Source: an uncultured Acidobacteriota bacterium (GTDB lineage: Bacteria > Actinomycetota > Acidimicrobiia > Spongiisociales > ZC4RG35). Taken from it: 64,000 nt of DNA. Shown piece by piece: positions 60,007-64,000 of the stretch; the first letter of the stretch is position 1; the number at the start of each line of letters is the position of its first letter. The notes under the pieces are model-generated. The model was not told the DNA's origin, searched no databases, and worked only from the letters and a program-made list of their open reading frames with translations. The translations under genes and the position numbers were made by a program. The stretch lies in the NCBI GenBank assembly GCA_963828465.1, contig CAWHEU010000025.1, forward strand, positions 142,103-206,102. Reading direction: 5' to 3'.

Positions 60007-60462
60007 ATGCAATTGACGCAAACGGCCAACGTGATGGAGGCGGCGGTGCAGGCCCAGTTGAGACTGGCGGACCCTGAGCTCGCCGCCCTCGGGTCCGAGC
60101 TGCTCGATGTCCTACGTCCGGCGATCAGGTTGACACTGATGGAGGTCGTGGAGATGGCCGCCCAAGAGGTCAACGGGCAGCTCGCCGGTCAGCGCGTTGA
60201 GATCCAGTTGGTCGACGGCGACCCCGAGTTGACGGTCCGGCCCGACTCGTCGGCCGTCCCTCCCCCTCCCCCGCTTACCGGGGAGCCCATCGATGCCGAG
60301 GCCCGGATCACCCTTCGACTCCCCGGATATCTAAAGGACCTGATCGCCGAGGCCGCCGAAGGTGCCGGCGATTCGGTCAACACCTTCGTGGTCGACGCCC
60401 TCCGCACCAAGGCATACGAGAAGAGCCCATCCAGCAGCGTCCGACGGACGATCGATCTGTGA
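60007..60462 (+). CDS. Ribbon-helix-helix (HicB-like/Arc) DNA-binding protein
   Basis: C-terminal ARITLRLPGYLKDLIAEAAEGAGDSVNTFVVDAL. Confidence 0.8.
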   Translation: MQLTQTANVMEAAVQAQLRLADPELAALGSELLDVLRPAIRLTLMEVVEMAAQEVNGQLAGQRVEIQLVDGDPELTVRPDSSAVPPPPPLTGEPIDAEARITLRLPGYLKDLIAEAAEGAGDSVNTFVVDALRTKAYEKSPSSSVRRTIDL

Positions 60463-61200
60463 TCGACCGTGAGCTCACGGTCGACGACACCCCAACCATA
60501 AGGGTCACGATCAGGTCGGGCCGTGTCAACGTGGAGGGCGGAAAGCCGGGACTGGTCCGGTTCAAGGTCGACACCACTGACCCTACGTTTGAGATCCGTC
60601 AGGCCGCCGACGCCATCGTCGCCTCCAGCGACCGAGGCGGCCGAGTATTCGTGACGGTCAGCGTGCCGCCGATGACCGATATGGAGATTGGCACCGCCAG
60701 CGGCGACGTAGACATCGATCCCCGGCTGGGCCGGCTCGATGTGACCACCGTCAGCGGCGAAGTCGAGTTCGAGACGGTGGAGCGACTCCAGGCGAGGACC
60801 ACGAGCGGTGGGATCCGCGGCAAGCGAGTGAACGGCGAGGCCACCTGCGTGACGCACATCAGGGGACATCAAGGTTTCGGAGATCGTCGATCGCGGCGAC
60901 TTTTCGACACGATCGGGATCGGTGGTGATTGTCAACTGCGCCGGGACCGTCTCATGTGCGACGTTGTCGGGCAACATCCGGATCGAAGAACTGAGCGGGC
61001 CAACGGCCAGGATCAAGTCGATGTCAGGCGGGGTCCGACTGGGGTTGCCCCCCAGAACCCGCCTCGAGCTGGACGCAAACACTCTGTCCGGCCGAGTGAC
61101 CTTGCCCACCGCGAACCCGAGCCCGGAGCCCCCCGAACGTGAGGTGAGCGTCAAAGTTCGACTGGTCTCGGGGAACCTCAAGATCGAACGCACTACGTAG
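60459..61200 (+). CDS. DUF4097 beta-strand-repeat protein; frameshift near 60855
   Basis: Repeated T(A/V/T)SG(D/E/G/N) motifs: TASGDV, TVSGEV, TTSGGI, TLSGNI, LVSGNL. Confidence 0.8.
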
Positions 61201-61219
61201 GAACGTAGGGCGCAGAACG

Positions 61220-63220
<2,001 letters not shown>

Positions 63221-63328
63221 TGAGACCTCAAGACAGACTCCGGGGACGACTCCGAGTCATCAATGCTACGGGAAACCCCTGGATAGTCGAACCCTTCCTG
63301 GTGGGGAGGCTGAGAAGCCGAATCGGTC

Positions 63329-63850
63329 TCAGGCTTCTGCACCCATGACCCCCACATAGGGCAGGTTGCGGTACTTCCCGGCGTAGTCGAGGCCATACCC
63401 GACCACGAACTCGGGACCGATGGGGAATCCCACATATTTGACCTCGAGCGGAACCCGCTGGATCCCCTCTTTGAGGAGAAGGGCCGCGATCTCTAGGGAG
63501 GCAGGCTTACGGACATTGAGACTCTTCATCAGATAGTTCAATGTCAAACCCGAATCGATGATGTCTTCCACGATCAGCACGTGGCGACCGTCGATCTCCT
63601 CGTCGAGATCCTTGAGGATCCGGACCACACCCGAGGTCTGCGTCGACGCCCCATAGGACGACACGGCCATGAAGTCGAACTCCACCGGCAGGTCGATATG
63701 CCGTGCCAGATCGGCCATCACCATGAAGGCACCACGGAGGACGCCCACGAGCAGCACGTCCTTACCCGCATAATCCGCCGTGATTTGACGGCCCAGCTCC
63801 GCGAGCTTGTTGTCGATCTCCTCGGCGGTGATCAGGGGCTTGATGTCCAT
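63329..63850 (-). CDS. hpt: Hypoxanthine phosphoribosyltransferase
   Basis: VSSYG, VLIVEDIIDSGLT, FVVGYGLDY. Confidence 0.95.
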   Translation of the reverse strand: MDIKPLITAEEIDNKLAELGRQITADYAGKDVLLVGVLRGAFMVMADLARHIDLPVEFDFMAVSSYGASTQTSGVVRILKDLDEEIDGRHVLIVEDIIDSGLTLNYLMKSLNVRKPASLEIAALLLKEGIQRVPLEVKYVGFPIGPEFVVGYGLDYAGKYRNLPYVGVMGAEA

Positions 63851-64000
63851 CCGGTTTCCTCTCTGGCGAACACGGAAAGGTAGCCGCTGGTCCCTGGCAC
63901 ATACCAGGCCACCGGAAGGCGCCGCTCCCCCGGCAACCAGGCGGTCTCGTCGTTCGCCGCGACCACGAGTCGCCCGCCCGTGTCCACCCGGGCCGCCAGG
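63832..64000 (-). CDS. C-terminus of an upstream gene, probably tRNA(Ile)-lysidine synthase (partial)
   Basis: Open frame ...LVVAANDETAWLPGERR...WTSSP* overlaps the hpt start. Assignment rests on the conserved tilS-hpt-ftsH order. Confidence 0.5.
   Translation of the reverse strand, partial: LAARVDTGGRLVVAANDETAWLPGERRLPVAWYVPGTSGYLSVFAREETGWTSSP

Overview
High-GC actinobacterial chromosome segment, most likely Acidimicrobiia-like (inferred from ClpC1 starting [12 protein letters not shown], CarD, radA-disA, WS/DGAT and apparently leaderless genes). Left part (1-13.3 kb): an accessory hydroaromatic (quinate/shikimate-like) cluster with an acylating aldehyde dehydrogenase, a TIM-barrel/AroQ fusion, a flavin oxidoreductase, a VOC-like protein, a Liv-type ABC transporter, GntR, two shikimate dehydrogenases and AroK-AroB. 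Middle: mixed metabolic and membrane genes, a second Liv-type transporter, tRNA-Thr(TGT), rlmB-cysS-ispF-carD-disA-radA, a P450, a nucleoside ABC transporter and a YhhQ-like transporter. Right part: the conserved tilS-hpt-ftsH-folE/P/B/K-panG/panC-lysS-clpC block with several insertions. Many genes, including housekeeping folE and ispF, carry single-base frameshifts, which suggests an uncorrected long-read assembly. Two observations stand out. (1) An AbiEi-N/DUF559 nuclease gene is bracketed by inverted copies of a ~45-49 bp palindromic repeat, and the same repeat occurs 28 kb away as a gene-less inverted pair (REP/REPIN- or MITE-like architecture with no transposase). (2) A putative leaderless uORF carries an RGPP motif whose Pro-Pro codons are the anti-Shine-Dalgarno for a small basic unknown protein, suggesting a stalling-sensing translational switch. 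No CRISPR array or rRNA was seen. All family assignments come from motif recognition by eye, not from database searches.
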